Shown here piece by piece: positions 1 to 9,953 of a DNA stretch of 20,000 nucleotides. Each line of letters opens with the position of its first letter. Within the stretch, counting starts at the first letter, position 1. This DNA is from Trichoplax sp. H2 (taxonomy: Eukaryota), in assembly GCA_003344405.1 (NCBI GenBank), contig NOWV01000200.1:115476-135475 (forward strand), in the 5' to 3' direction. The position numbers and the translations under genes are program-made. Below the pieces are notes generated by a model. The model made no database searches. It was given only the letters and a program-made list of their open reading frames with translations, and was not told the origin of the DNA.

Positions 1-556
1 AAGTCGATTCCGAGTAGCATCGAGGATATGAATCTAATCGCTCTGCTAACTTTCCTTGCTGTAAATGGCAAGAACAAACTGCTGTTGGATTTAGAATAGC
101 AGATGTTTGAGCATCATTAATACTGCCATGACAGAAATTTAATAGAAAATGATGGATATTTGTAGAAATGACAGAAAAGAGAACTTTGAGCTGATCTTGT
201 TTCGCTTTTTTAACAGGAGTGGTTACTTTCGTTAGCCGCTCTACCAATCCTATATCATCACCACTAGTTAAGGCAGGCAAACTTAATCCAATTTCTAAAT
301 TTTTAGCGATCCTTTTAAATATTCTATTGTAACTATAATAGGTCGGCGTATCCTCTTCAAATATAATAAAACGAACTACATTTAAGCATCTGCCATTATT
401 ATTTTTGGCAAATTGAATTGCGCTATCGATCATTTCCTTAGCCACTGTATCTGCAGACCATCCCACACCACCAGCTCCCAAGCTAGGTATAGAAATGGCT
501 TTTAACGATTCCTTATTTGCATCTTCTAGGCATTGGTAGATCATATTTCCTAGCCA
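1..556 (-). CDS. Gene A exon: C-terminal half of the macrodomain plus start of a degenerate second macro-like domain (partial)
   Basis: Acceptor ttttatttag|TGG at 557-558. Frame is open to the window edge: WLGNMIYQCLEDANKESLKAISIPSLGAGGVGWSADTVAKEMIDSAIQFAKNNNGRCLNVVRFIIF...FCHGSINDAQTSAILNPT. Not in the ORF track because it has no stop inside the window. Confidence 0.92.
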
Positions 557-3500
557 CTAAATAAAATAAAAGTCCAATAAAAACTAGGGTATAAATTAGT
601 GCGATTGAACGAAGTTTCCTGATAAGAGAAGTAATTCATTAACTAGTTTACCGTTAATGTTCTAGAGGAACTTAAAAACGGAATATGATAGATATTTTTA
701 CATCCAAAACGATATCCCTCAGTACGGCGAAATGAATCTTTCGATAGATCTTTAAGAAAATTGCTACACTCTAACTGGTATTCTGGGCCATCAGCATTGA
801 ATATTGCCTGTGCGATTGCTCCAGCTTGAGGATTTTTCACATCAACAAAGTTAATAATGGCATCAGTCTAAGAAGAATAAATGCAAGATAATTTTCAATA
901 AATCGCCAGTTTTACCCATCATTTACAATCCTAGAGGGTAATTTATGATATCCGAACATTATTCTTAACTTACCTGTCTACCTTCCTTTTCAATCTTTCC
1001 TCTTATAAGTTTTATACATAAGCCAGCCTGGTTGATATAAATTATATCCGATTCTTCACTTATTGATTGAGATTTTTTACATTTTCTTTTTTTATTCTTT
1101 GAATTTCTAACTGGCACATTGATAGTTTTCTCTCTTGTGAATCTTGAAAAGAAATGAATATTGAATTGGTCAGTATTAATGACAACTTCATTCTCGTTTT
1201 CAATTTTCTGAAAACTTTTAATAACGTAGGTATAACTACCTCACAAGATCCCTTTTAGCATCTGAAACAATCAGAGAATACCGCAAATTTCCTATCACTT
1301 TCTTTAGTTTTCCTTGGTTTTGGCTAATATACCGCGTTATTCGTGATAATTGACTACTATCGCTAGAAAGTGTTTCGGTAATTATTGGAATGGAAGAGAT
1401 TGTCTCACTAATTTCCTTAATCTCAGTAGTTATATGCTCATTAGGGTATTTCAGGATTAATTGATGATCATCTTTATTCCCATTTGTCTCCATCGGCCGA
1501 TACAGCAACTGACAATGATACTGCTCCTCAAGCGATAAAAATTCTTTTTTACAATGTTCCTTCAAGTAATGAACTTTTGCGGAAGGTAATTTTTGGATTA
1601 AAAATTCATTATAATTTTCGCCATCGAATGAATTTGAAACATTGGTTTTATACTTGTCAAGATGTTTCTTGACTTTGAGCATGACATATTCGAATGCCTC
1701 ACTGCTGCCAACAATTTTAGCAGTAGCTGTTTTCTCTAGTGTATTTAACCAACATTGAATAAAAACCTCAAGTTGAGAAGCTAATTCATTGGTTAATATG
1801 TTGCAAAACGAGATCCAATTTTTCAGTAAATCTTGGCTATAAGATATTTGATAAATGTCAATTTGGATGTCAGTATTAAGAATGTCGATGACTTTGTCAT
1901 ATTCTTCCTTATTGACAGCAATAACCGAGATCTTCTCCCTATCACGATGTACACCTGCCATAACTTTTTTATTTCTTAATTTAGTATTCGTGTCCTGAAC
2001 AATCTGTGGGTATAGGCGAAGAAAACTGGATAATGAGAGCGAGATGCCATCTTGGTTGTATTGAATATTTACAGTAACTTTTTGACGGCCTCGTGTCCAG
2101 CTTATGCATGAAACGAGTGTACGCTCAAAGTCGCTAATATCCATTTGGGGATTATTGATAATCTTGGCTACGTTCTCTTCCGAATTAAGCTGTTTAATGA
2201 GTAATATCCTAGCTGGAGTTGGAATAGTTTTTTGGTCTTCAAGAGTATTGTCAGTATTACATTTACTTTGGGGCTGTTTCTGGGTCGATAGATGGTCATT
2301 TTCAATGATCTGACCACAATCTTGAAGATTTTGATCATTGTATATTTGGCTTTCATCAGACATTTCGTTGTAAATTTTCTGTAATAATTCTTCTTCAAAT
2401 GCTCTGGTGGTTTTATGCAATGAGTCTTTGAATAATAACTCCATTCTAACATCCTCATCGCTTTTAACAGGTCTACTTTTCAATTTGGTCACTGAGAAAT
2501 CTATTGGTGAGAGAGAATCATTCACTTCGGCCTCTACATTTTGGAAATTATGGCTTTTCAGAGGGTATAAACCTTTCAAATCCTTGATATCCTGGCTAGA
2601 GACTGGAGATATTGGTTGCAGTTTATGAATGTCATTAGGCTTTCTTTTTGGTGCCATTTCTTGTTTGCTGTTCGTTGTCTGAATATTTTCCTTGGAACAA
2701 TATGTTAAACTTTCTTTGTCAGAAAATGATGGTTTATTATCATCGGTCTTTCCTTTCTGCTTTTTATTTGCCGGCTGGGAAATATACGTCAAGTCATTCC
2801 GTTCTTCAGCTGTATCCTGATTTACTACTTCATGCTTCAAGGTTTTTTTTGATAAAGGAGCTACCAATTTGAGTTTGTTGCCTTCAGAATCTTCATTGGC
2901 GATCAATTTCGGATCTCTGATAGTGTCGTCTAGACCAGTAGATGATGACGATCCTAATTTTATGTCGTCTCTATTTTCTATTTCACGCTTTAAGCTTTCT
3001 CTTGACAACGTAGCTGCCAATTTGAGTTTAGTACTTTTAATATCTTCTTTGGTTATGAGTTTTGGATCTCTGACAGTATCTTCAACGTCAAAAAATGATG
3101 ATCTCAATTTTATGATATCTCTTCTACTACCATGATCTGGTAAATTCGATGTAATTTCAGTTTCAGAGACAGGCCTATCTAAATTAGAAAGTCTATCGGA
3201 ATTTGGTTTCTGATCCTTGATGGTATTATCCAAGCTAATCGTTGATAATCCTAAATCTTGGATAACATTTTCATGAACCCCATTTGATTTTGATTTCAAA
3301 CCTTTGCCAAAGTCGTCTAAGGTAAAAGTGAGTGATATTGACGGCTTCGTATCGCAATCGTCGCCTTTTTCTGTAAATTCTCCTTCAATAAAGGCTTTGG
3401 GAGCAGGAGGATGCAAATAAGTAACTTCATTTGAGCTTTTAAGTAGATCTTTTTCACTCTCTCCCATCGTCTGGACAATCTCTGACGAGGAGCCAAGCTG

Positions 3501-4988
3501 TGAAACTTGAGTGATATTATTCGATTCTTGAGTTGTCGTATTGCTATCATCATCCAGACTTTTAGATACTGAAATAGCCCTATCTACTAATTTTTCCGAC
3601 CGAATTGATGATTGCAATTTGGAATCTGGTCTTCCATTAATTTTATGGCCTTCAGATTGAATTTCATCTTTAGAATACGAGGACGTAGATTGAGCATTGT
3701 GACTATTTTGTAGTTCAATGGCTACCGGCACTGCTTGAACATAATTTCTCTAAAATAGATCAAAAAGCACAAAAGCTGAAGTATTTTGCAGCTGTTTTAA
3801 AATGTCATCTTCTTCAATTTAGGGTATGTTGGTGAAATACAAAACTTTACGCCGAGCTACTAATTCTGTAGCTCAACTCTTCAAACTACCGACAATGATT
3901 GTTTTTGGATGTTCAAAGATAATTTATAATAATATTATATCGGCAGTGATTTTTTTTTGGATGTTTAATGATAATTTATAATAATATTATATCATTATAA
4001 TAATAATTATCACGAAAATGTTGAAACTTTGTTTTAAATTATTCCATAATATATAATAATAATTGTTCTGAAAATGTTGAAACTTTGTTTAATATCTAGC
4101 CTAGACTGTTTTAACAAGGTGAAGTGGAGGCTATAGTACTATAAACTGTAATTGCAGAATCATTGTACAATCTGATTATTTTCGATGTCTCCCCTTCGTT
4201 CAAAAATCAAAATTGTATTCCGTTGAAAATCTTGTATAGTAGTATTTATATATATATATGTTATATACCCGTAGAAGGATATCTCCGGTAGTCGGCGTAC
4301 CGTAAATCTAAAACTATACTTTCTAGTAATGTAGCCTGTATTCTGTACTATACACTTGTAATCGGCCTTCGTGTGCTGTACTGTAGCCTACAACTGTACC
4401 TGGACTTACTGCATCGTCTCCTGTACGATATCATTGCGACCTACTATAAAGAATTCCATGAAGGCATCGGGATATCTTCCACTTCCCCCCCCCCCTTAAA
4501 GCAGTCTTCGCTCAATTTAGCTGAAGTAATTTGAGAAAAATTGGATAGTCGGTAGTTTGAAGGGTTTAGCTAAATTATTATTCGTTCGGCGTAAGGTTTC
4601 GTTTTTCAGCAATACAGCCTACTCTTTCATGATCTACGAACTTGCAGTCGTTATTATGCTTAAAGTTCCTATTATAGACCATTTTTAAACTGTTTTTTAC
4701 CTGCGTTCCTTGCTCTTGCGATTGAATTCGAACTTCAGAAGAGGACAGATATTCATGGTCATATCGGTAGGGTATGGATTCCTGTTGTACATTATTTTTG
4801 TCACTATTCCATACTTCATTTGATCTTGTCGTATCGACTATATCTTCAATCACATTGGTTGCTATCGGTAGATAACCGTCAAAGTTATTTCCTCCATAGT
4901 ATTGTGGGTCTCTACGCCCAGCCAAAAGAGGAAATCTTGAGAATGTCTTCTTTCCAATACAGGGTAAGCAGCAAAGTACATTACCCAT
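1..4988 (-). CDS. Gene A: macro-PARP (PARP14/15-like) paralog, 3'-truncated by the window edge; proposed exons 4988-4701, 3749-1240, 1142-974, 867-652, 556-<1
   Basis: Hand splicing at GT-AG sites gives a continuous frame (intron phases 0,2,0,0). Macrodomain motifs IKLIRGKIEK, TDAIINFVD, GCKNIYHI and KAISIPSLGAGGVG are present. Colinear homology and shared intron positions with gene B. The catalytic domain is not in the window, and the link to the first exon is inferred. Confidence 0.8.
652..867 (-). CDS. Gene A exon: macrodomain core (72 codons)
   Basis: ttcttag|ACT ... ACG|gtaaac. Translates as TDAIINFVDVKNPQAGAIAQAIFNADG...GCKNIYHIPFLSSSRTLT. Same length (216 nt) as gene B exon 12227-12442. 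Confidence 0.92.
974..1142 (-). CDS. Gene A exon: basic linker and first strands of the macrodomain
   Basis: ttttcaag|A ... CAG|gtaagt, phase 2 in and phase 0 out. Translates as FTREKTINVPVRNSKNKKRKCKKSQSISEESDIIYINQAGLCIKLIRGKIEKEGRQ. Confidence 0.85.
1240..3749 (-). CDS. Gene A large exon: ~500 aa S/D/E/K-rich disordered tract followed by a KH-like region
   Basis: 831 aa ORF bounded by acceptor ttttag|AGA (3750-3751) and donor GAG|gtagtt (1238-1239). The C-terminal ~330 aa align with gene B exon 13047-14049, e.g. HYLKEHCKKEFLSLEEQYHCQL vs EYLQIYRKENIQKLENEYKCHI and TKLRNKKVMAGV vs QKLRDDDIYAGV. Confidence 0.9.
2815..3125 (-). repeat. Coding tandem repeat, 2 x 51 aa (153 nt period), within the gene A disordered tract
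   Basis: ggatctctga occurs at 2911 and 3064. Protein copies are DTVRDPKLITKEDIKSTKLKLAATLS and DTIRDPKLIANEDSEGNKLKLVAPLS. A partial third copy (LDNTIKDQK) lies near 3210-3235. Confidence 0.85.
3902..4091. repeat. Two adjacent short AT-rich direct duplications in an intron
   Basis: tttttggatgtt..a.gataatttataataatattatatc at 3902-3941 and 3954-3993; ataataataatt...gaaaatgttgaaactttgttt at about 3997-4034 and 4054-4090. Confidence 0.85.
4701..4988 (-). CDS. Probable first coding exon of gene A with N-terminal MGNVLCCLPCIGKK
   Basis: ATG at 4988-4986 in AAAAATGG context inside the 151 aa ORF. Donor CAG|gtaaaa at 4700-4699 is phase 0, matching the acceptor at 3750. Confidence 0.65.
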
Positions 4989-6699
4989 TTTTATGACTGA
5001 AATAACTTTTCTCTCAAATTGTAACAACAGCAAATTTTTAAGCTAATCTAGGCTAGACCGGTATCAATTTAAGAACACCAATCTTGCAGTAAGAGGACGT
5101 AATTATTCAGCAAATTGGAGCACGGATGGCCTTGAAAGACTGCTATTGAAGAAAAATTTTAACACAATCGATCTTTCAATCCAGAGTTTCCCCATCGTAC
5201 ACCAACCGGACTATCCTTTAGTTCTTTACCAATAACAATTCGGGTTTATGCAATATTAAATTAAGAATGGCGGTATTCTAAATTGAATTGATGCCCTTAC
5301 AGACACAACTTCATCAGACTATGCAACGATATTCTAATCTTACTAATATTAGTCAGCAACTAAGAATCTAATCGTTATTTGTAGACAATCTCCAATAGTA
5401 TAATTGAATTGCATTATATGTAAAATTTAACACTAGTATATTACAATACAGTTCTTTTTCAAAAGAATTCTATCACCAAGATAATGAATGACCTTTACTT
5501 TAGATCACAGCAGAATAGCTAGATTCCATGTCTATCTTTCTGTCCATTACAGTAACAACATAAAAGCTGAAGTAGGATGAATCCTCTACCAAGAATAAAA
5601 ATAAAATACGTTATCACAGGTTTAGAAACCTTTCTACGGCTAAGACATTAGTAGCAATATGCATTTCTTCTGTCTTACTTTTAGGATATCACGTTTACGC
5701 TGTGGACTATTGACGAAATGAGTAGAGTATAATAATAATTCGATCACGAGGCTATGCACCGCTTTCAGACGTTCCTTGTTTAGACTAAAACACTGTATAA
5801 TAAGCTGTCCGAAAATCTCGTTCTTATTTATTTTATACATGTTCATTATGCCTCTTTACTATTCGGCTCTAGATTACTAAGATCGACGTATTAACAATCA
5901 AGTATCTCCTATGTCTGTATATATCATTTGCTTTCTATTCGTTTTCTTAATCTTATACAACATCATTAGTATGTTGCTGCAATGGTTCAAGAACATACTG
6001 CACGATATACAAGTGTATTTTTCTACAAATTAATCAATCTATTGCTCAGACATAAGAGTTAATTGACGTAGATGAGAAATTATAATTGTAAAATTCCGAT
6101 TGATAATGTTGATTATCGTCATTATCTTTACTATGCGCTAGCCAGCCTCTCTGCCTGAACATAAGAGAATATAGCTATAGACGCGAATTCATGATGGTAG
6201 AATTTAAATAGATAGCGTCGATGATTATCGTAATGGAGGCTTGACATTTTACTCATTAAAGGCAATCGGAGCACTCCATGTACATAAATCGTCTTATCGA
6301 CACTTTCGCATACTTGTTATTCTTTAATTTCTAAAAGGCTACTGTATTTCTTAACAATAGTATTACACAGTATTCATGGCGCTCATTAATCAATGATAAT
6401 AATTTATTCCACAATACAATATAATTAAGAGTAATAAATGCTTTTTATGCTATAAATATGCAAAACATACTGTTAGCTCCATCAAGCAGGGAACACTTCC
6501 TTATTCAAACAAAAGCTGACCAAGATCCTCCTCTTAATTGTCTGAATTGAATTCAATTCTTTTCCATAGATATTCATTATTCTCGGTGCTTAATGCACTT
6601 GTTTATATGCTTTCTATTCTTTCAATCTAACTACGCTAAAAGAATTATCAATTTTCAGCACTGCTTGTAGGATTGACTCTTATAAGCGTCATAAAATGA

Positions 6700-7390
6700 A
6701 CTGTATAGAAATCAGGTTACAAAACTTTTAACTACCTATGATTCTACTTTCTTTGCACTCTGTTCGACTAAGCAAAACTTTGACACCAAATAAAATTGGG
6801 GAAAAACCGATCAACATTTATTAAGAAAACGTGAGAGAGTCTGATCAAGCAGCCTTCCAAATACTTAACTCCAAGTATTATAAGTAAACAAATAAAAAAA
6901 AACGGCAGAACTAAAACTGTCAACAACCAAACAACATAACAAAAAAAGAACGTTTTAACTTACAATAGTTCGACCCCTAAGGCCTTTAAAATTCAACAAG
7001 TTCTTCAAAACAATTTTCTTTTACTCTCTACTCTAAATTTTCTGATTGCACTATCATTTATAGGCTTTGCTGAGCTTTCAGTGGTATTTAAAACTTAATA
7101 TTTTCTAACCAATCACTCTTAAGATCCATTTTAGAAAACTACTTTCCACCACTTAAGAAATCAAAAATTACTCAAAGTTTAGACACGATTTACCCTACGA
7201 TTCCCTTACAAAACACTATAAAACCAAACATACTATAAAATACATTAAGTTGCACTTTTAACATAATTCCTAATCTTTATACATCACAAAAGTCTAAAAA
7301 TTAACTTTTAAACATCAAGATTTAGTCATAAAAATAACAATCTAACTGCTTAACAATCGCCAATCAACACAACCTCCGCCATTTGCCATC
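6700..7390 (-). repeat. ~690 bp dispersed direct repeat, copy 1 (putative promoter/5'UTR-exon cassette upstream of gene A)
   Basis: Colinear with 19303-19982. Block 7131-7224 vs 19726-19819 matches at 85 of 94 nt without gaps (hand count). No long ORF. Confidence 0.95.
6962..7115 (-). promoter_or_regulatory. Putative Pol II promoter and non-coding first exon of gene A: CCAAT box, TATA box, splice donor
   Basis: AACCAATCA (CCAAT at 7109-7113), minus-strand TATAAAT at 7062-7056, and donor GTAAGT starting at 6963. All three are conserved in copy 2 with the same CCAAT-TATA spacing. Confidence 0.55.
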
Positions 7391-8163
7391 CAAAAATTTT
7401 ATATGACCATTATGACTACTTTTCTGACATTAGTATAGACAGTTGATATTTTAGCATGAAGTTGTACGGTAACTATACGATTATAGCCGACATTACAGTA
7501 CTTTTTTGTCCTGTTATAAATCCCCTTTCTATATGGATAGGGTTTTGTTACTAAGTTAAATTCATTTATAATCTTAATAGACTATGAAACTTCCTTTCTT
7601 TAGATTAGGGGATTGCTATTAAGTTATTCCTATAGTAATCTATATAATACCTTGTAAAATAGTGAAGAAGAAACGATGGCAGCATTAAGATTTGGCAGGG
7701 TATAACTAAAAGATACTATGACTTTCTAGGTATTTTTTATAGTAAAATAATAATAGTTACATACTTAAAGCTATAAAGAACTCTGCTTTTTGTCCTTTAC
7801 TGTATGCATATGTCCAGTCATTCAACGCTATACGTAAAATTATTTGTGATCCTCAAAGTAGGACACAACTTTTCTAGGCATAGTATTTCCTTGTAGAAAA
7901 GAATAAATAACCATATGTAATAAGCTTTTATACAAGATACGCTAGTTATACCGTGAATCGAGTGCTGTACAAGTATCGCTAATTTAGATGCTTGTTTTTG
8001 TTCTTTATTATTCATTTATACACATTATTAAATTCCTTTCTATCCATGCAAGTAATCGTGCAATTTTAATTAACCTAACAGAGGATCTCGATTCTTAAAA
8101 GTGTCTGGCATAGATTGTAATGATGTTGATAAGAAAACATTTTCTTTAATTTCCTAATACTTC

Positions 8164-8403
8164 AAATCTGAATAACTCTTGATAACGCACTTAACCAATC
8201 TTTTATAAACATGTTATAACACTAGATTTTATAGCTCAGTTCGAATAAATTGAAGCAAAGCTCTCTCATTTTCTTCAGAACTAAATCTGGGTAATTCTTA
8301 ACGGTACATGAACCAACCCTTTTATAAAGATGTTTAAAAACGAGATATTATAACTTTAATTCGAATCAATTGAAATAAAGAATCACTAGTATTCTTCATA
8401 ACT
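8164..8403. repeat. Degenerate tandem duplication, 2 x ~119 bp, intergenic
   Basis: Units start aaatctg at 8164 and 8283 and share aaccaa..cttttataaa.atgtt, ttcgaat.aattgaa and ttcttca.aact. Confidence 0.8.
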
Positions 8404-9417
8404 TGTATCTCTTTTAATAAGTAATAGCTTCAGCATCATGCAAATGCGTTCAGAGATTATTCTTTAAATTCCCTCGATCAAATAAACTGACAAGGAGAAG
8501 AAGATAATTACGGCAACGGCTAGTAGTAAGCAAAACAAAATCCATAAATTTAACGTAATTTTAGGCCTTGCAATATAAAAATGACTTCAGTTTAGTATTG
8601 TCTGCAGATCTTAGTCATACAGCGAAGATATACGGCGGAAAATTATCTGAATACTCGCTTTTTTCTGTAATCGTAATTTGCAAGATAGTTTTCATGCTAT
8701 TAATGGAGTATTGCAGTAAAAGAAATATCTCATATCAACATTTGATGACAAAATACTTTGTAATACGAAAACTTAGAAATGCTTGTGTAAAGTAAAATAA
8801 TTACATATTACAGATATCTTTCCCATTTGTACTCGAGGACCAGCAAGTAAGATTCTATACTACTATATAAACAAAAAAGGAACTTGTATGTAAGCACTGG
8901 TTGTACCTGGATACATTCATATAGATACATTCATAACATAGAAATTTCAAGAACAATACTGGCATCTAAGACATGATATGTATAGTAACTTTATTTGGGA
9001 ACTTATTGGAATATGAATAAAGTAACTTAAATGCATACAGGTAGTTAAATTATACGCGATCTAGGATATCATTTTACGTTTCTGGAAATATTATTTATAC
9101 GTTAACATAAGAAAGTACCTTTCTAATCGATACTATATTACAGTAATGAGATATAAAGCCTAGGTCGTGATACTTATTATACAATACCGGTAGTTTGCTC
9201 AATATAACTAGTATTGTGATTGTAGACCGTTAGCCATGTTTAGTATAACGTACGGTGGATATTTATCCTTAAGAGATATTTGGTAGCCATAACTATAGAC
9301 TGTAGTGGTATAGACTCTATGCTAGAGTACAGATGACTATATACAGTAAGGTGTTGAGTTACTAATAAGGTTATAGGTAAAAATAGAACTGTAAATCATA
9401 TATTAGGATTTGGTTAA

Positions 9418-9423
9418 TTTATT
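9418..9423 (-). terminator. Candidate polyadenylation signal (AATAAA) for gene B
   Basis: Minus-strand AATAAA about 255 nt after the stop codon. Weak evidence because such hexamers are frequent in AT-rich DNA. Confidence 0.3.
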
Positions 9424-9678
9424 GTACTTTAGCCGAACAGTGTTTATAAGAATAATTTAACTATGTGTAATATATGGTAAAAGGTTGCCATGCGGATTGT
9501 AGCTGCGAATGCTACGAAAAGTATAAAAGCATGCAACTTTAAATTATTCTGTTAGTTCGTTCTAGAAGTCTTTAGTAGTAGTATTCGGCTAGAGTAGAGC
9601 TGCGTATAGTTAATCTTTTCGTAAGATTCAATAAAGCTCTTATTCTTCTAAAATTTGGAATTTCGTGATCGATATACA

Positions 9679-9953
9679 TCACAAGTAGGTATTTGATTGT
9701 ACATATATTATATACTCCGGATATGCAGAGTTATCATTAGAAATAACATACAAAGAGGGACTACTTTCATGATCTACTACAGAATGAGCACGTTCTCCTT
9801 TGCTTCCAGGAATCATAGACAAATCCGGCTTATCAGTAACGCTTGATTTGACATAAATTCCAGTTAGAACTCGTACTAACAAAAGTGCATTGCCAAATCG
9901 CTTTGAATATTCGGCCTTCACACCAAAATAACTTCCTGTTCCATGCTTGGAAC
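9679..9953 (-). CDS. Gene B last exon: C-terminal part of the PARP catalytic domain
   Basis: ttgatag|GT, then SKHGTGSYFGVKAEYSKRFGNALLLVRVLTG...SPSLYVISNDNSAYPEYIIYVQSNTYL*. Confidence 0.95.

Noticed and set aside
1484..3553. Short ORFs (1484, 2104, 2168, 2407, 2648, 2869, 3317) overlapping the gene A large exon
   Set aside because: They are antisense or alternate-frame shadows of a real exon and have no recognisable motifs.
4269..4440. Possible micro-exons 4440-4410 and 4307-4269 in gene A intron 1
   Set aside because: Splice-like sites exist, but they are not needed for frame continuity and the peptides are uninformative. They cannot be supported without transcripts.
4485..4495. C11 homopolymer (G-run on the minus strand)
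   Set aside because: An isolated intronic mononucleotide run with no supporting structure.
6700..7390. Cassette as a protein-coding exon set or a known ncRNA gene
   Set aside because: The ATG-initiated frames I checked stop within about 15 codons and the copies differ by scattered small indels. No tRNA, rRNA or snRNA signature was recognised; an Rfam/Infernal scan would be decisive.
5640..8795. ORFs 5640-5846, 7818-8015 and 8568-8795 as genes
   Set aside because: They are short, have AT-driven composition, show no domain motifs and have no convincing exon chain.
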